Shown here: positions 28,856 through 40,993 of the stretch, piece by piece | Numbering within the stretch: the stretch's first letter is position 1 | Layout: each line of letters starts with the position of its first letter | Origin: Bryobacterales bacterium | GTDB lineage: Bacteria; Acidobacteriota; Terriglobia; Bryobacterales; UBA6623 | DNA: 64,000 nt | Direction: 5' to 3' | Assembly: GCA_965263255.1 (NCBI GenBank) | Contig: CBDHHA010000008.1 | Location: 2,945,399-3,009,398 of the forward strand | Translations under genes and position numbers: made by a program | The notes under the pieces: generated by a model | The model's input: the letters and a program-made list of their open reading frames with translations, nothing else | Databases searched by the model: none | Told to the model about the DNA's origin: nothing

Positions 28856-30834
28856 CAGTCCTGCTGACAGCCGCCCTGCTCGCCGGCGCGGCCATCATGT
28901 CCTCGCCGGCCCTGGCGCAAGGGCCCGGGACGCCCCCGCTGATCGATGTGGAGCACTATTCGATCGACGCCCGCGTGAACATGGATGCCGCGCTGCTGGA
29001 GGCCACGGCCGAGGTGCGCTTCGTGCCCCGGGACCCTGCCAGCGTGGTGACGTTCGAGTTGCACAACGGGCTCCATGTCGACGCTGTCGAGACCGAGTCG
29101 GGCGAGAGCCTGTTCCATTCGCGCGGCTCCGCAGACTCCAGCATCGAAGTCAGCTTTCCCGAGACTCTTCCCGTCGACCGTCCGCAGGTGGTCCGGTTCC
29201 TCTACGGTGGCCGGCTGATCGGCTACGAGGACTCGCCCGCCGAAGGCTACGCCCTGGCGGAGATCGGGCCGGAGCGGGCCATCCTTCTCTACGCCGGGCG
29301 CTGGTTCCCGGTCAACGGATACGGAGCGGACCGCTTCACGTCGGAGATCCGCGTCACGGCTCCAGAGGGCGTGAGAGTGCTGGGCAGCGGCGTGGGCCTG
29401 CGCACCGAGGCGATCGAGGGGGTGGAACACGCCTTCGAGTTCGGCTATCCGTCCTTCCCCGGCACTATCGCGATGGTCCGGGAGGAGCCCCTGCAGGCAG
29501 GAGCAGGCAGCGGCGCGGTCTCGGTCTACATGCCGGGCGCGACAGAGTCGCTGGCACTGGAGTACGGCGAGACCGCCAGCGAGATGGTCGAGTACTTTAC
29601 CGACCTCTACGGCGCGCCGTACTCCAAGGCGCTCGCGATTGTCGAGATGGGCGAGTTCGCTCCCAACGGCTACTGGGCTCCGGGCCTGGTGCTGATGAGC
29701 CCGTACGGGCGGCGCGAGACCTTGAACCGCCGCCTGCTGGGCCAGCTGGTGGCCAACCAGTGGTGGGGCGGGCTGGTCGGAGCAGGCAACCGCAACCATC
29801 TGTGGCTGGTGGATGGCCTGGCGCACTACTCGGCCCTGCTCGAGCTGGAGGAGACCGAGGGAGAGGACGCCTTCCTCGAGGCGCTGGCGGACACCCGGGT
29901 CAACGCCCTCACTTTTGACGAGGTGCCCTTGCGGCAGTCCAGCCGGGTGGCCGACTTCTCCCCGCAGATGGAGGCCCTCACGGCGGCGCGCGGCGCGATG
30001 GTGCTGCACATGCTCCGCTGGCGGGTGGGCGACGAGCCGTTCTTCTCGACGCTGCGCGAGCTCGCGACGGGGCACACCTGGGGCACGCTGACGACCGATG
30101 CCTTCCGAGGGATCTTCGAGGACGTGACCGGCAGGGACCTCGACGGCTTCTTCCTGCAGTGGACGGAGACGAACATCACCCCGGAGTTCAAGCAGGAGTA
30201 CACGATCTACAGGCTGGGCGGGAACGAAGGGTTCCGGGTGATCGGCAAGATCAACCAGGACATGGACACCTTCAGCATGCCGGTCGAGCTCAAGGTCGAG
30301 ACGGAGGGCGAGCCCGAGTTCCATGTCGTCGAGGTGAGCGGGAACGCCTCGGACTTCGTGCTGGAAACGTTCGGCAAGCCGAAGCAGGTCGTCCTGGACC
30401 CGAACCACCGCATCCTGCGCATGGATGACAACACCCGCGTGCGGGTCGCGATCCGGCGCGGCGAGCAGCTGATCGAGCTCGGCTACTACACCGACGCCCT
30501 GACCGAGTACCAGAAGGCGCTGGACATCAACAGGTTCAGCTCGCTGGCGCACTACCGGATGGGCGAGGCGATGTTCCTGATGAACAACTACCAGGGGGCG
30601 GCCAACGAGTTCCGCGAGGCGCTCAACGGGGACGGGGACCCCGAATGGGTCGAGGTGTGGTCCCACGTCAACCTGGGCAAGATCTTCGACATCACCGGCC
30701 AGCGGGAGAGGGCGGTGAACGAGTACCAGCTCGCGGTCCGGACGCGGGACAACACCCAGAACGCCCAGGACGAGGCGAGCAAGTACCTAGCCAGTCCCTA
30801 CCGGAGGCCCCGGCCCAAGGAGCGGACGTACTGA
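28852..30834 (+). CDS. M1-peptidase (aminopeptidase N)-like protein with degenerate active site and C-terminal TPR
   Basis: TTG 28852 overlaps the lpxB stop and gives the signal peptide '(M)TVLLTAALLAGAAIMSSPALA'. The layout is M1 fold-like, but the HEXXH position reads 'QLVAN' ('GQLVANQWWG') and the 'WLNEG' position reads 'WLVDG'. The C-terminus has TPR units. Confidence 0.75.
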   Translation: MTVLLTAALLAGAAIMSSPALAQGPGTPPLIDVEHYSIDARVNMDAALLEATAEVRFVPRDPASVVTFELHNGLHVDAVETESGESLFHSRGSADSSIEVSFPETLPVDRPQVVRFLYGGRLIGYEDSPAEGYALAEIGPERAILLYAGRWFPVNGYGADRFTSEIRVTAPEGVRVLGSGVGLRTEAIEGVEHAFEFGYPSFPGTIAMVREEPLQAGAGSGAVSVYMPGATESLALEYGETASEMVEYFTDLYGAPYSKALAIVEMGEFAPNGYWAPGLVLMSPYGRRETLNRRLLGQLVANQWWGGLVGAGNRNHLWLVDGLAHYSALLELEETEGEDAFLEALADTRVNALTFDEVPLRQSSRVADFSPQMEALTAARGAMVLHMLRWRVGDEPFFSTLRELATGHTWGTLTTDAFRGIFEDVTGRDLDGFFLQWTETNITPEFKQEYTIYRLGGNEGFRVIGKINQDMDTFSMPVELKVETEGEPEFHVVEVSGNASDFVLETFGKPKQVVLDPNHRILRMDDNTRVRVAIRRGEQLIELGYYTDALTEYQKALDINRFSSLAHYRMGEAMFLMNNYQGAANEFREALNGDGDPEWVEVWSHVNLGKIFDITGQRERAVNEYQLAVRTRDNTQNAQDEASKYLASPYRRPRPKERTY

Positions 30835-30856
30835 GGCGGCCCGGACGCGCGCGGGC

Positions 30857-32299
30857 TCAGTACTTCGGCACGGCCGGATCGACTTCGTCACTCCAGCGCA
30901 GGATGCCGCCTGCCAGGTTCGTCACGCGGCTGAAGCCCATTTCCTTGAGCAGGCGCTGCGCCTTGCCGCTGCGCACCCCGCTCTTGCAGTGCACGACGAT
31001 GTCCGCAGTGGAGTCGAGTTCGTGGACGTGCCGGGGCAGCGTCCCCAGCGGGATCAGGGTCGAGCCGGGAATGCTGGCGATCTCGAATTCGTGCGGCTCG
31101 CGGACATCCAGGACGAACACGCTGTCGCCCTTGTCGAGGCGAGCCTTCAGCGCGGCAGGCGTCGTCTCCGGCAGCCGTTCCATCGCGGCCTCCTCCTGCG
31201 CCTGCTGGGGGATGCCGCAGAACTGCTGGTAGTCGATCAGCTCGCGCACGGTCGGGTTGTCGCCGCAGACGGGGCAGTCCGGGTTGCGGCGCAGCTTCAG
31301 CTCGCGGAAGCGCATCGCCAGGGCGTCGTACAGCAGCAGCCTGCCGCTCAGCGAGTCGCCCTTGCCGAGGATCACCTTGACGGCCTCGGTCGCCTGGATG
31401 CTGCCGATCACCGCCGGCAGGATTCCCAGCACGCCGCCTTCCGCGCAGCTCGGCACCAGGCCGGGCGGCGGGGGCTCGGGGTACAGGCAGCGGTAGCACG
31501 GCCCGCCTTGGTGATGGAACACCGTCGCCTGGCCTTCGAACCGGAAGATCGAGCCGTAGGCGTTCGGCTTCCCCAGCAGCACGCAGGCGTCGTTGACAAG
31601 GTAGCGTGTCGGGAAGTTGTCCGTGCCGTCCACGACGACGTCGTAGCCGGCAAGGATTTCCATGGCGTTGGCGCTCGTCAGGGCGGTCTCGAACTTGTCG
31701 ATCCGCAGCCCGGGGTTGATGTCCTGCATCGTCTCGGCGGCCGAGTCGATCTTGGGGCGCCCGACATCCTTGGAGCCGTGTATGACCTGTCGCTGCAAGT
31801 TGGTCTCGTCAACAACGTCGAAGTCCACGATGCCGATCCGGCCGATGCCGGCGGCCGCCAGGTACAGGCCCAGCGGTGCACCAAGGCCGCCCGTGCCCAC
31901 CATCAGCACACTGGCGCCTTTCAGCCGGCGCTGCCCCTCGAGGCCGACCTCGGGAAGGATGAGGTGGCGGCTGTAGCGCAGGATTTCCGGATTCGACAGC
32001 TCCGGCAGGTCGGTCGCGGCAGCCCCGGCGCCTCCCGCGATTGACGGCACGATACTGACCGTGCTGCCCTCCTCCAGTGCGGTGTCCTCGCGGTCGAGGT
32101 AGCGAATATCCTCGTCGTCCACGTACACGTTGACGAAGCTCCGCAACCGTCCCTGCTCGTTGAACAGGTTCCGCCGGATCTGCGGGTGCGCGGTGACCAG
32201 CTGCTCCAGGGCCTCGCCCACCGTCGAGCCCGAGACCTCTACGGTGTCGCGGCCTTCCGCGAATTGCCGCAGCGGCGTGGGAATCAGTATCGACGCCAT
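30857..32299 (-). CDS. Fusion protein: CysO/MoaD/ThiS-like ubiquitin-fold domain + MoeB/ThiF-type adenylyltransferase + rhodanese (MoeZ-like)
   Basis: Residues 1-90 are 'MASILIPTPLRQF...VNVYVDDEDIRYL...VSIVPSIAGG' (CysO-like, ending in GG). No stop follows. Next come 'EILRYSRHLILPEVG...VGTGGLGAP...DFDVVDETNLQRQ' (E1-like, with two CxxC pairs) and C-terminal 'VVHCKSGVRSGKA' (rhodanese Cys loop). Confidence 0.85.
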   Translation of the reverse strand: MASILIPTPLRQFAEGRDTVEVSGSTVGEALEQLVTAHPQIRRNLFNEQGRLRSFVNVYVDDEDIRYLDREDTALEEGSTVSIVPSIAGGAGAAATDLPELSNPEILRYSRHLILPEVGLEGQRRLKGASVLMVGTGGLGAPLGLYLAAAGIGRIGIVDFDVVDETNLQRQVIHGSKDVGRPKIDSAAETMQDINPGLRIDKFETALTSANAMEILAGYDVVVDGTDNFPTRYLVNDACVLLGKPNAYGSIFRFEGQATVFHHQGGPCYRCLYPEPPPPGLVPSCAEGGVLGILPAVIGSIQATEAVKVILGKGDSLSGRLLLYDALAMRFRELKLRRNPDCPVCGDNPTVRELIDYQQFCGIPQQAQEEAAMERLPETTPAALKARLDKGDSVFVLDVREPHEFEIASIPGSTLIPLGTLPRHVHELDSTADIVVHCKSGVRSGKAQRLLKEMGFSRVTNLAGGILRWSDEVDPAVPKY

Positions 32300-32452
32300 G
32301 ATCGTGCCGTCCCCCGATGCTAGCAATCACCCTATTCCCTGTCAACAAGGTAGGGATTGCTCCGGGCGGCCGAGTCGGCGCCCTGCTGCGGGATGCAACC
32401 AGTCTACAATCGAGCTGCCGCCGGGCCTGCCGGTCCGGCGGCCGCACGACCC

Positions 32453-33040
32453 GTGACGCCCCGGTTCTTCGCCAGCGCTGCCGAACTCCGGGCCTGGTTC
32501 CGCGAGCACCATGACCGGCTCGACGACCAGTGGGTCGGCTACTTCAAGAAGGGCACCGGGATTCCGAGCATCGACTGGCCGGAATCCGTCGACGTCGCGC
32601 TTTGCTTCGGCTGGATCGACGGCATCCGCAAGCGCCACGACGAGAGCAGCTACAAGGTGCGCTTCACGCCGCGCCGGCCGGGAAGCCGCTGGAGCGCTCG
32701 GAACGTCGGCCGGATGGAGTCCCTGATCGCTGCGGGGCTCGCCGAGGAGTCCGGGCTCGCCGCGTTCCGGTCGAGGAATACCGAGGCCCCCGACAGCAAA
32801 CCGGCCGCGACCGATCTGCCGGAGGAGTACCTCGCCCGGGTCCGTGCCGTCCCGCAGGCGTGGGAGTACTTCCAGCGGGCCCGTCGGTCGTACCAGAGGC
32901 AGGTCGCGGCGTGGATCACATCCGCCAAGAGAGAGGAAACCCGGCTGCGCCGGCTCGGCACGCTGGTCGAGTCCTGCACCCGCAGCGAGCCGGTCCCACC
33001 GCTGCGCTGGCTGGGAGACCCGCGCCGGAAGTCCGGGTGA
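32453..33040 (+). CDS. YdeI/OmpD-associated family protein
   Basis: GTG 32453 begins '(M)TPRFFASAAELRAWFREHH...VGYFKKGTGIPSIDWPESVDVALCFGWIDGIRK', the typical YdeI pattern. The start is uncertain. Confidence 0.7.
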   Translation: MTPRFFASAAELRAWFREHHDRLDDQWVGYFKKGTGIPSIDWPESVDVALCFGWIDGIRKRHDESSYKVRFTPRRPGSRWSARNVGRMESLIAAGLAEESGLAAFRSRNTEAPDSKPAATDLPEEYLARVRAVPQAWEYFQRARRSYQRQVAAWITSAKREETRLRRLGTLVESCTRSEPVPPLRWLGDPRRKSG

Positions 33041-33059
33041 TCCCACTCACTGGAGCCGG

Positions 33060-33635
33060 TCAGGGAGCGGGCTTCGCGGCCTGCTGGAACATGCTGATCC
33101 CGGCCACCCCCGCCGCACCGGCGGCCAGGCAGTCCGGGACTCGCTCGCGATTCAAGCCGCCCAGAGCCGCCACCGGGATCCGCACGGCGGAGCATGCGGC
33201 CCGCAGGCCGTCCAGCCCGGGGAAGCGGTCGAGGCCGGGCTTGGACGAGGTCGGGAAGACCGGTCCGAACACCGCGAGATCAGCTCCTTCGCGCTCGGCC
33301 CTCACCACTCCGTCGATGTCGTGCGTCGAGACCCCGAACAGGAATCCCGCCGGCGCCGCCCGCCGGAGGCTGGCGACCGAAGGCGCGTCGCCCGGCAGGT
33401 GCACTCCGTGAGCCCCGGCCGCAAGCGCAACGTCCATCCGCCCGTTCACCAGCAAGCGCGTGCCGAGCGGGCGGATGCGTGACGCAGCCGCGCTTGCCAG
33501 GGCCAGCAGGTCCCGCACGGGGAGATCCTTCTCGCGGATCTGGATCCAGTCCACGCCCCGGCGGGCGTTCGCCTCGATGCAGTCGAGCAAGTCTACCCGG
33601 CAAGTCTGTCGGTCCGTTATGTAGTATTCCAGCAC
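33060..33635 (-). CDS. thiE: Thiamine-phosphate synthase
   Basis: 'YYITDR...GVDWIQIREKDL...LVNGRMDVALAAGAHGVHL...FGPVFPTSSKPG...VAALGG' is TMP-TENI/ThiE-like. Confidence 0.85.
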   Translation of the reverse strand: MLEYYITDRQTCRVDLLDCIEANARRGVDWIQIREKDLPVRDLLALASAAASRIRPLGTRLLVNGRMDVALAAGAHGVHLPGDAPSVASLRRAAPAGFLFGVSTHDIDGVVRAEREGADLAVFGPVFPTSSKPGLDRFPGLDGLRAACSAVRIPVAALGGLNRERVPDCLAAGAAGVAGISMFQQAAKPAP

Positions 33636-33687
33636 CGTCGCACAGCCTCTGACGCGGCGCAGGGCAACCGCGCAATGTTGATAATCC

Positions 33688-33717
33688 TTGACTCAAGTTA
33701 CGTCATGAGTGTATACT
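33688..33717 (+). promoter_or_regulatory. Putative sigma70-type promoter of dnaK overlapping HAIR-like (HspR operator) inverted repeats
   Basis: TTGACT (33688-33693), an 18-nt spacer, then TATACT (33712-33717), about 85 nt upstream of the dnaK ATG. An exact 'ACTCAAG' HAIR half-site lies at 33691-33697. ACTCA-N10-TGAGT spans 33691-33710. Confidence 0.5.
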
Positions 33718-33802
33718 AAGACTTCGGCGGGAGGGCGACGAGGCCCTGCCTGCCAAGCGTTCAGGCGCGCGACAGCGGGCCGCCTAGGAAAAGGGAACGG
33801 AG

Positions 33803-35719
<1,917 letters not shown>

Positions 35720-35769
35720 ACTGAGAGACCCGGCCGGAGCGGCGGCGCGCCCGGTCGGGGCGGTGCAAG

Positions 35770-36915
35770 ATGGCGTTCGGACGCGGCAAGGACTACTACT
35801 CGGCGCTGGGCGTGGCCAAGAATGCAACGCCGGACGCCATCCGCAAGGCCTACCGACACCTGGCCCGCAAGCTCCATCCGGACGTGAATCCGGGCGACAG
35901 CGCCTCCGAGGAGCGCTTCAAGGAGGTCCAGGAGGCTTACGCCGTCCTGAATGACGAGAAGAAGCGGGAGTTCTACGACCGCCACGGCTTCTATTCGGAC
36001 CAGGCCTATAGCACCGGCGGGCCGGCCGGGCCGGGAGCCGGAGGCGGGTTCGGCTTCGACGGCTTCGATTTCAACGACGTCGCCGGCCAGGGAGGGCCGG
36101 ACCTGGGCTCGATGTTCGAGTCCTTTTTCGGCGGCGGGCGCCGGCGCAAGGCGAATTCGACGGAGAAGCGGTCCGGCGAGGATCTCGAATACGCTCTCGA
36201 GATCGGATTCGACGAGGCGATCCAGGGCACCGAGGTGCGCCTGAGCGTGGACCGCTACAGGCCGTGCGCCCCGTGCGGGGCGTCCGGCTCGTCGGCATCG
36301 GAGCCGCCCCACCAGTGCACGCAGTGCGGCGGAAGCGGAAAGTCGCACGCCGCCATGGCCAACATGCGGTTCTCCGTGCCCTGCCCCGCCTGCCAGGGGG
36401 AAGGCTTGGTCCGCACGCCCTGCCCGGCCTGCGGCGGCGATGGCCGCGTCCGCGAGGCGAGCGCTGTGGAGGCGAGGATCCCGCCCGGGACGGGCGAGAA
36501 CTCGCGACTGAGGATTCCCGGAAAGGGCAACGCCGGGATCCGCGGCGGTCCCCCGGGAGATCTCTACGTCGTGGCGCGTGTGGGCAAGCATGCCTTCTTC
36601 GAGCGCAAGGGATACGACATCTACATCCAAGTGCCGGTGACGCCCGCCGAAGCTGTGCTCGGCGCGAAGATCGAAGTGCCGACCATCGACGGCACGGCGT
36701 TCCTGCGGGTGCCGCCCGCGACGAGCTCTGGCAAGACGTTCCGCGTACGCGGGCGCGGCGTGAAGGATCCCCGCAGCGACGAGCGCGGGGACCAGTTCGT
36801 TAGAATCACGATTGCCGTGCCGGAAATCCCGGACGAGGCGACCAAGGATCTGATGCGGCAGTATTCGGAGCGCAATCCCGAGAATCCGCGGAAGGCCCTC
36901 CTGGACACCACCTGA
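35770..36915 (+). CDS. dnaJ: Molecular chaperone DnaJ
   Basis: J-domain 'DYYSALGVAKNATPDAIRKAYRHLARKLHPDVNPGD', a G/F-rich linker, and four CxxCxG zinc-finger motifs. Confidence 0.95.
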   Translation: MAFGRGKDYYSALGVAKNATPDAIRKAYRHLARKLHPDVNPGDSASEERFKEVQEAYAVLNDEKKREFYDRHGFYSDQAYSTGGPAGPGAGGGFGFDGFDFNDVAGQGGPDLGSMFESFFGGGRRRKANSTEKRSGEDLEYALEIGFDEAIQGTEVRLSVDRYRPCAPCGASGSSASEPPHQCTQCGGSGKSHAAMANMRFSVPCPACQGEGLVRTPCPACGGDGRVREASAVEARIPPGTGENSRLRIPGKGNAGIRGGPPGDLYVVARVGKHAFFERKGYDIYIQVPVTPAEAVLGAKIEVPTIDGTAFLRVPPATSSGKTFRVRGRGVKDPRSDERGDQFVRITIAVPEIPDEATKDLMRQYSERNPENPRKALLDTT

Positions 36916-36917
36916 CG

Positions 36918-37352
36918 ATGGCGAGGCAGCGCAAGGGCAAGGGTCTGTACACCATTTCGGTCGTCGCCAAGCGCTTCGACGTCCATCCCCAGACGCTGCG
37001 GCTCTACGAGCGCGAGGGCCTGCTGACGCCGTCGCGCACGGACGGGAACACTCGTCTCTACACCGAGCAGGACATCGAGCGCCTGGACATCATCCTCTCG
37101 CTCACCAGGGACCTCGGCGTGAACCTTGCGGGCGTCGAGATCATCCTCAACATGCGCAGCAAGATGGATGCCATGCAGCGCCAGATCCGGGAGTTCGTCA
37201 AGTACGTCAACAGCTCGATGGAATGGGCGGGCGATGACGAGGAGGATCCGCTCACCAACGCATTGATCCCCGTCAGGACGCGCATCCCGCTGAAGGTCCG
37301 CGAGGCCGCCGGCGAGGAGAGCGACGGACCGGAGATCGTGGATATCCGATAG
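36918..37352 (+). CDS. hspR: MerR-family heat-shock repressor HspR
   Basis: 'YTISVVAKRFDVHPQTLRLYEREGLLTPSRTDGNTRLYTEQDIERL' is a MerR HTH. The gene sits immediately after dnaJ (2-nt gap). Confidence 0.85.
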   Translation: MARQRKGKGLYTISVVAKRFDVHPQTLRLYEREGLLTPSRTDGNTRLYTEQDIERLDIILSLTRDLGVNLAGVEIILNMRSKMDAMQRQIREFVKYVNSSMEWAGDDEEDPLTNALIPVRTRIPLKVREAAGEESDGPEIVDIR

Positions 37353-37466
37353 GGCCGCGAACCGGATGGGGTCGGGGCGCTGGACGGGCGGCACCGTCCG
37401 GACCGAGGGTTCGTGCGACGGCCTCGTGAACCGGCGGCCTGTCCGGCATGGCGGCCACGCCGCCGC

Positions 37467-38255
37467 TCACGCAGTGCTCGGTGCGTAAATCGTCAGGATC
37501 AGCTCCGACACGTCGGGCATCGAATACTTCGGCCTTCTGCCGGAAAGAGCCTCGCTTCTCGAGAGGATAGTGGGCACGCCCTCTCCCCGCCTGTCCATGA
37601 CGTGAGACCTGTGACTGGCGATGTCCGGCCGGTTCACCGGGCACCGAGCCAGCAAGCTCGTTACCGTGGGGTTGCGCGAGATCTGGCGGTACTCGAGCAG
37701 TTCCGGAGTGAGTGAATTCGGCAGGCGACCTGGTGTATAGAGTTCTAGGCGGTCGTCGAACAGCCGGAGGCGAACGTGGCTCCCATCCATCGCGTAATCT
37801 CGGTGCGCAACCGAGTTCGTGATGGCGTCATACACGGCCAGCATGTCGAATTGGGGTAAGTCCACTTGCCCGCCGTCGGGGAGCTTGCGAGCCCCGACTC
37901 TCATGTTCTTTCGCACGAAGTCACACGCCTCGAAGATCTGGCGGTCGAGAGGACCGGTGATGTCGGCCGCGTCCAGCTGGTAGATGTCCCCCTCGGACGC
38001 TACGACAGACGTCCCCCGGTACGCGACAGCCTGGATGTAGGCTTCCCGCAGGTAGTCTTCGGGCCTGCTGCATCCCAACAATAGTCCCGCGACGGTTGGC
38101 CTGGACTCGCCAGAGGAGTCGTCCAATATGATTCCCAGCTTGCGCAGTTGGGCGTGGGGCTGGTCAGGGGAGTGCGTTCGGAGGAATCGATCGCAGAGGG
38201 CGCGGTCCAAGGCCGCAAGTGGCGCATCGGTAATAGGCATTTCGTCGAAGTGCAT
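37467..38255 (-). CDS. HATPase_c_4-type ATP-binding protein (RecG-like/Schlafen-associated family), apparently lacking the N-terminal AlbA_2 domain
   Basis: ATG at 38255 begins 'MHFDEMPITDAPLAALD...PTVAGLLLGCSRPEDYL...ITNSVAHRDYAMDGSHVRLRLFDDRLELYTPGRLPN...SRNP...RGEGVPTI'. The remaining ~310 codons of the 572-aa track ORF overlap the SNF gene out of frame. Confidence 0.65.
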   Translation of the reverse strand: MHFDEMPITDAPLAALDRALCDRFLRTHSPDQPHAQLRKLGIILDDSSGESRPTVAGLLLGCSRPEDYLREAYIQAVAYRGTSVVASEGDIYQLDAADITGPLDRQIFEACDFVRKNMRVGARKLPDGGQVDLPQFDMLAVYDAITNSVAHRDYAMDGSHVRLRLFDDRLELYTPGRLPNSLTPELLEYRQISRNPTVTSLLARCPVNRPDIASHRSHVMDRRGEGVPTILSRSEALSGRRPKYSMPDVSELILTIYAPSTA

Positions 38256-38344
38256 TCGTCTGGAATTGCTTCGACGTTCAGACAGGTTTGGGACGGACTC
38301 CGGTGAGAGCGGCCACGCACGCGCCGAACACGGCCTGGATGCTG

Positions 38345-39670
<1,326 letters not shown>

Positions 39671-39717
39671 GGTCCCTTCCAAGTGGCCAAAGGTAGCACC
39701 CTGCGGGGGGCGCGGGC

Positions 39718-40971
39718 CTATTCGTCGATCCCGGTCTCGCCTTCTGACTTGGCGATGATCGCGGCTCCGCACGAGTCGCTGAAGATGTTGATCACGGTGC
39801 GGTACATGTCGAGCGGGCGGTCGACGGCCAGCATCGCTCCCACGATCAGCTCGACCTGGGGACCAGTGAGATTGACGGCCTCGAGCACGATGAAGATCAC
39901 GACAAGTCCGGCGGAGGGCACGGCGGCGGCGCCGATCGACGCCAGCAGGGCCGTGAACACGACGAGCAGCTGCTGCTCCAAGCCGAGCGGAACGCCCATC
40001 ACCTGTGCGATGAACAGCACGCCGACGCACTCGTACAGCGCGGTTCCGTCCATGTTGACGGTCGCACCCATGGGTAGCACGAACGACGTGACGCGGTTCG
40101 AGACGCCCACCTTGTTCTCGACAGCATCGATGGTCACCGGTAGCGTCGCGCCGGAGGAGCTCGTCGAGAACGCCATGACCATCGGCTCGATCATGTTGCG
40201 GAAGTGGTTGATCGGGTTGATCCCCCCAAGGAACCGCAGCACCAGCGGCATGGTGATCAGCAGGTGCAGCGTCAGTCCGGCGACCAGCACCAAGGCATAC
40301 AGGCCGAGGGTCTTGAAGGCTGCCAGGCCCGTCGTGCCCATCAGCCTGGTGATCAGCGCGAACACGCCCAGCGGGGCCACGAAGTGAATGATCCCGCCCG
40401 TAAGGCGCATCATGGCCTCGAAGCCTGACTCGAACAGGGCCCGCAACGGCTCGCCGTGCTGAGGCTTGAGCGTGCTGATCGAGATTCCGAGGACGATCGC
40501 GAAGAAGATGATCGCCAGCATGTCGGTCTGCGCCGCGGCTGCGAAGAAGTTCTCGGGCACGATGTCGAGGATGATCTCGACCGGGGATTGCGCTGTCTGG
40601 AGTTCCGGCATCTCATCGGCCTCCACCGAAACGAGATCCGCCCCGACTCCCGGCTTGATCGCGTTCACCATCACCAGCCCGACAACGCTCGCGAGCAGGC
40701 TGGTCAGCATGTAGTAGCCCAGCGTCTTGCCGAAGAGGCGCCCGAGCCCTGCCCCGGCGCCGACTGACGCGACGCCAGTCACGATCGATGTGAGCACAAG
40801 CGGGACGATGATCATCTTCAGCAGGCGGATGAAGAGCGTTCCGATCCAGCCGATCGCATCGGCCGCTGGCTCGCCACCCAGCAAGCCGACAATCACCCCG
40901 GCCAGCATCGCGATTGCGATGCGCCAGTGAAGCTGCTGGTGCCACTTGGCACCGGGTCTTGATTCACTCAC
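39718..40971 (-). CDS. Dicarboxylate/amino acid:cation symporter (DAACS family)
   Basis: Multi-TM protein with 'SSSGATLPV' and 'NMDGTALYE'-type DAACS motifs. Confidence 0.9.
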   Translation of the reverse strand: MSESRPGAKWHQQLHWRIAIAMLAGVIVGLLGGEPAADAIGWIGTLFIRLLKMIIVPLVLTSIVTGVASVGAGAGLGRLFGKTLGYYMLTSLLASVVGLVMVNAIKPGVGADLVSVEADEMPELQTAQSPVEIILDIVPENFFAAAAQTDMLAIIFFAIVLGISISTLKPQHGEPLRALFESGFEAMMRLTGGIIHFVAPLGVFALITRLMGTTGLAAFKTLGLYALVLVAGLTLHLLITMPLVLRFLGGINPINHFRNMIEPMVMAFSTSSSGATLPVTIDAVENKVGVSNRVTSFVLPMGATVNMDGTALYECVGVLFIAQVMGVPLGLEQQLLVVFTALLASIGAAAVPSAGLVVIFIVLEAVNLTGPQVELIVGAMLAVDRPLDMYRTVINIFSDSCGAAIIAKSEGETGIDE

Positions 40972-40993
40972 CTACCCCTGACCTCCTTGGCCG

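Noticed and set aside
33636-33802. Possible TPP riboswitch upstream of thiE (minus strand)
   Set aside because: I could not find the conserved CUGAGA / ACCUGAUCUGGAUAAUGCCAGCG-type elements on the minus strand. The region is better explained as the divergent dnaK promoter and operator.
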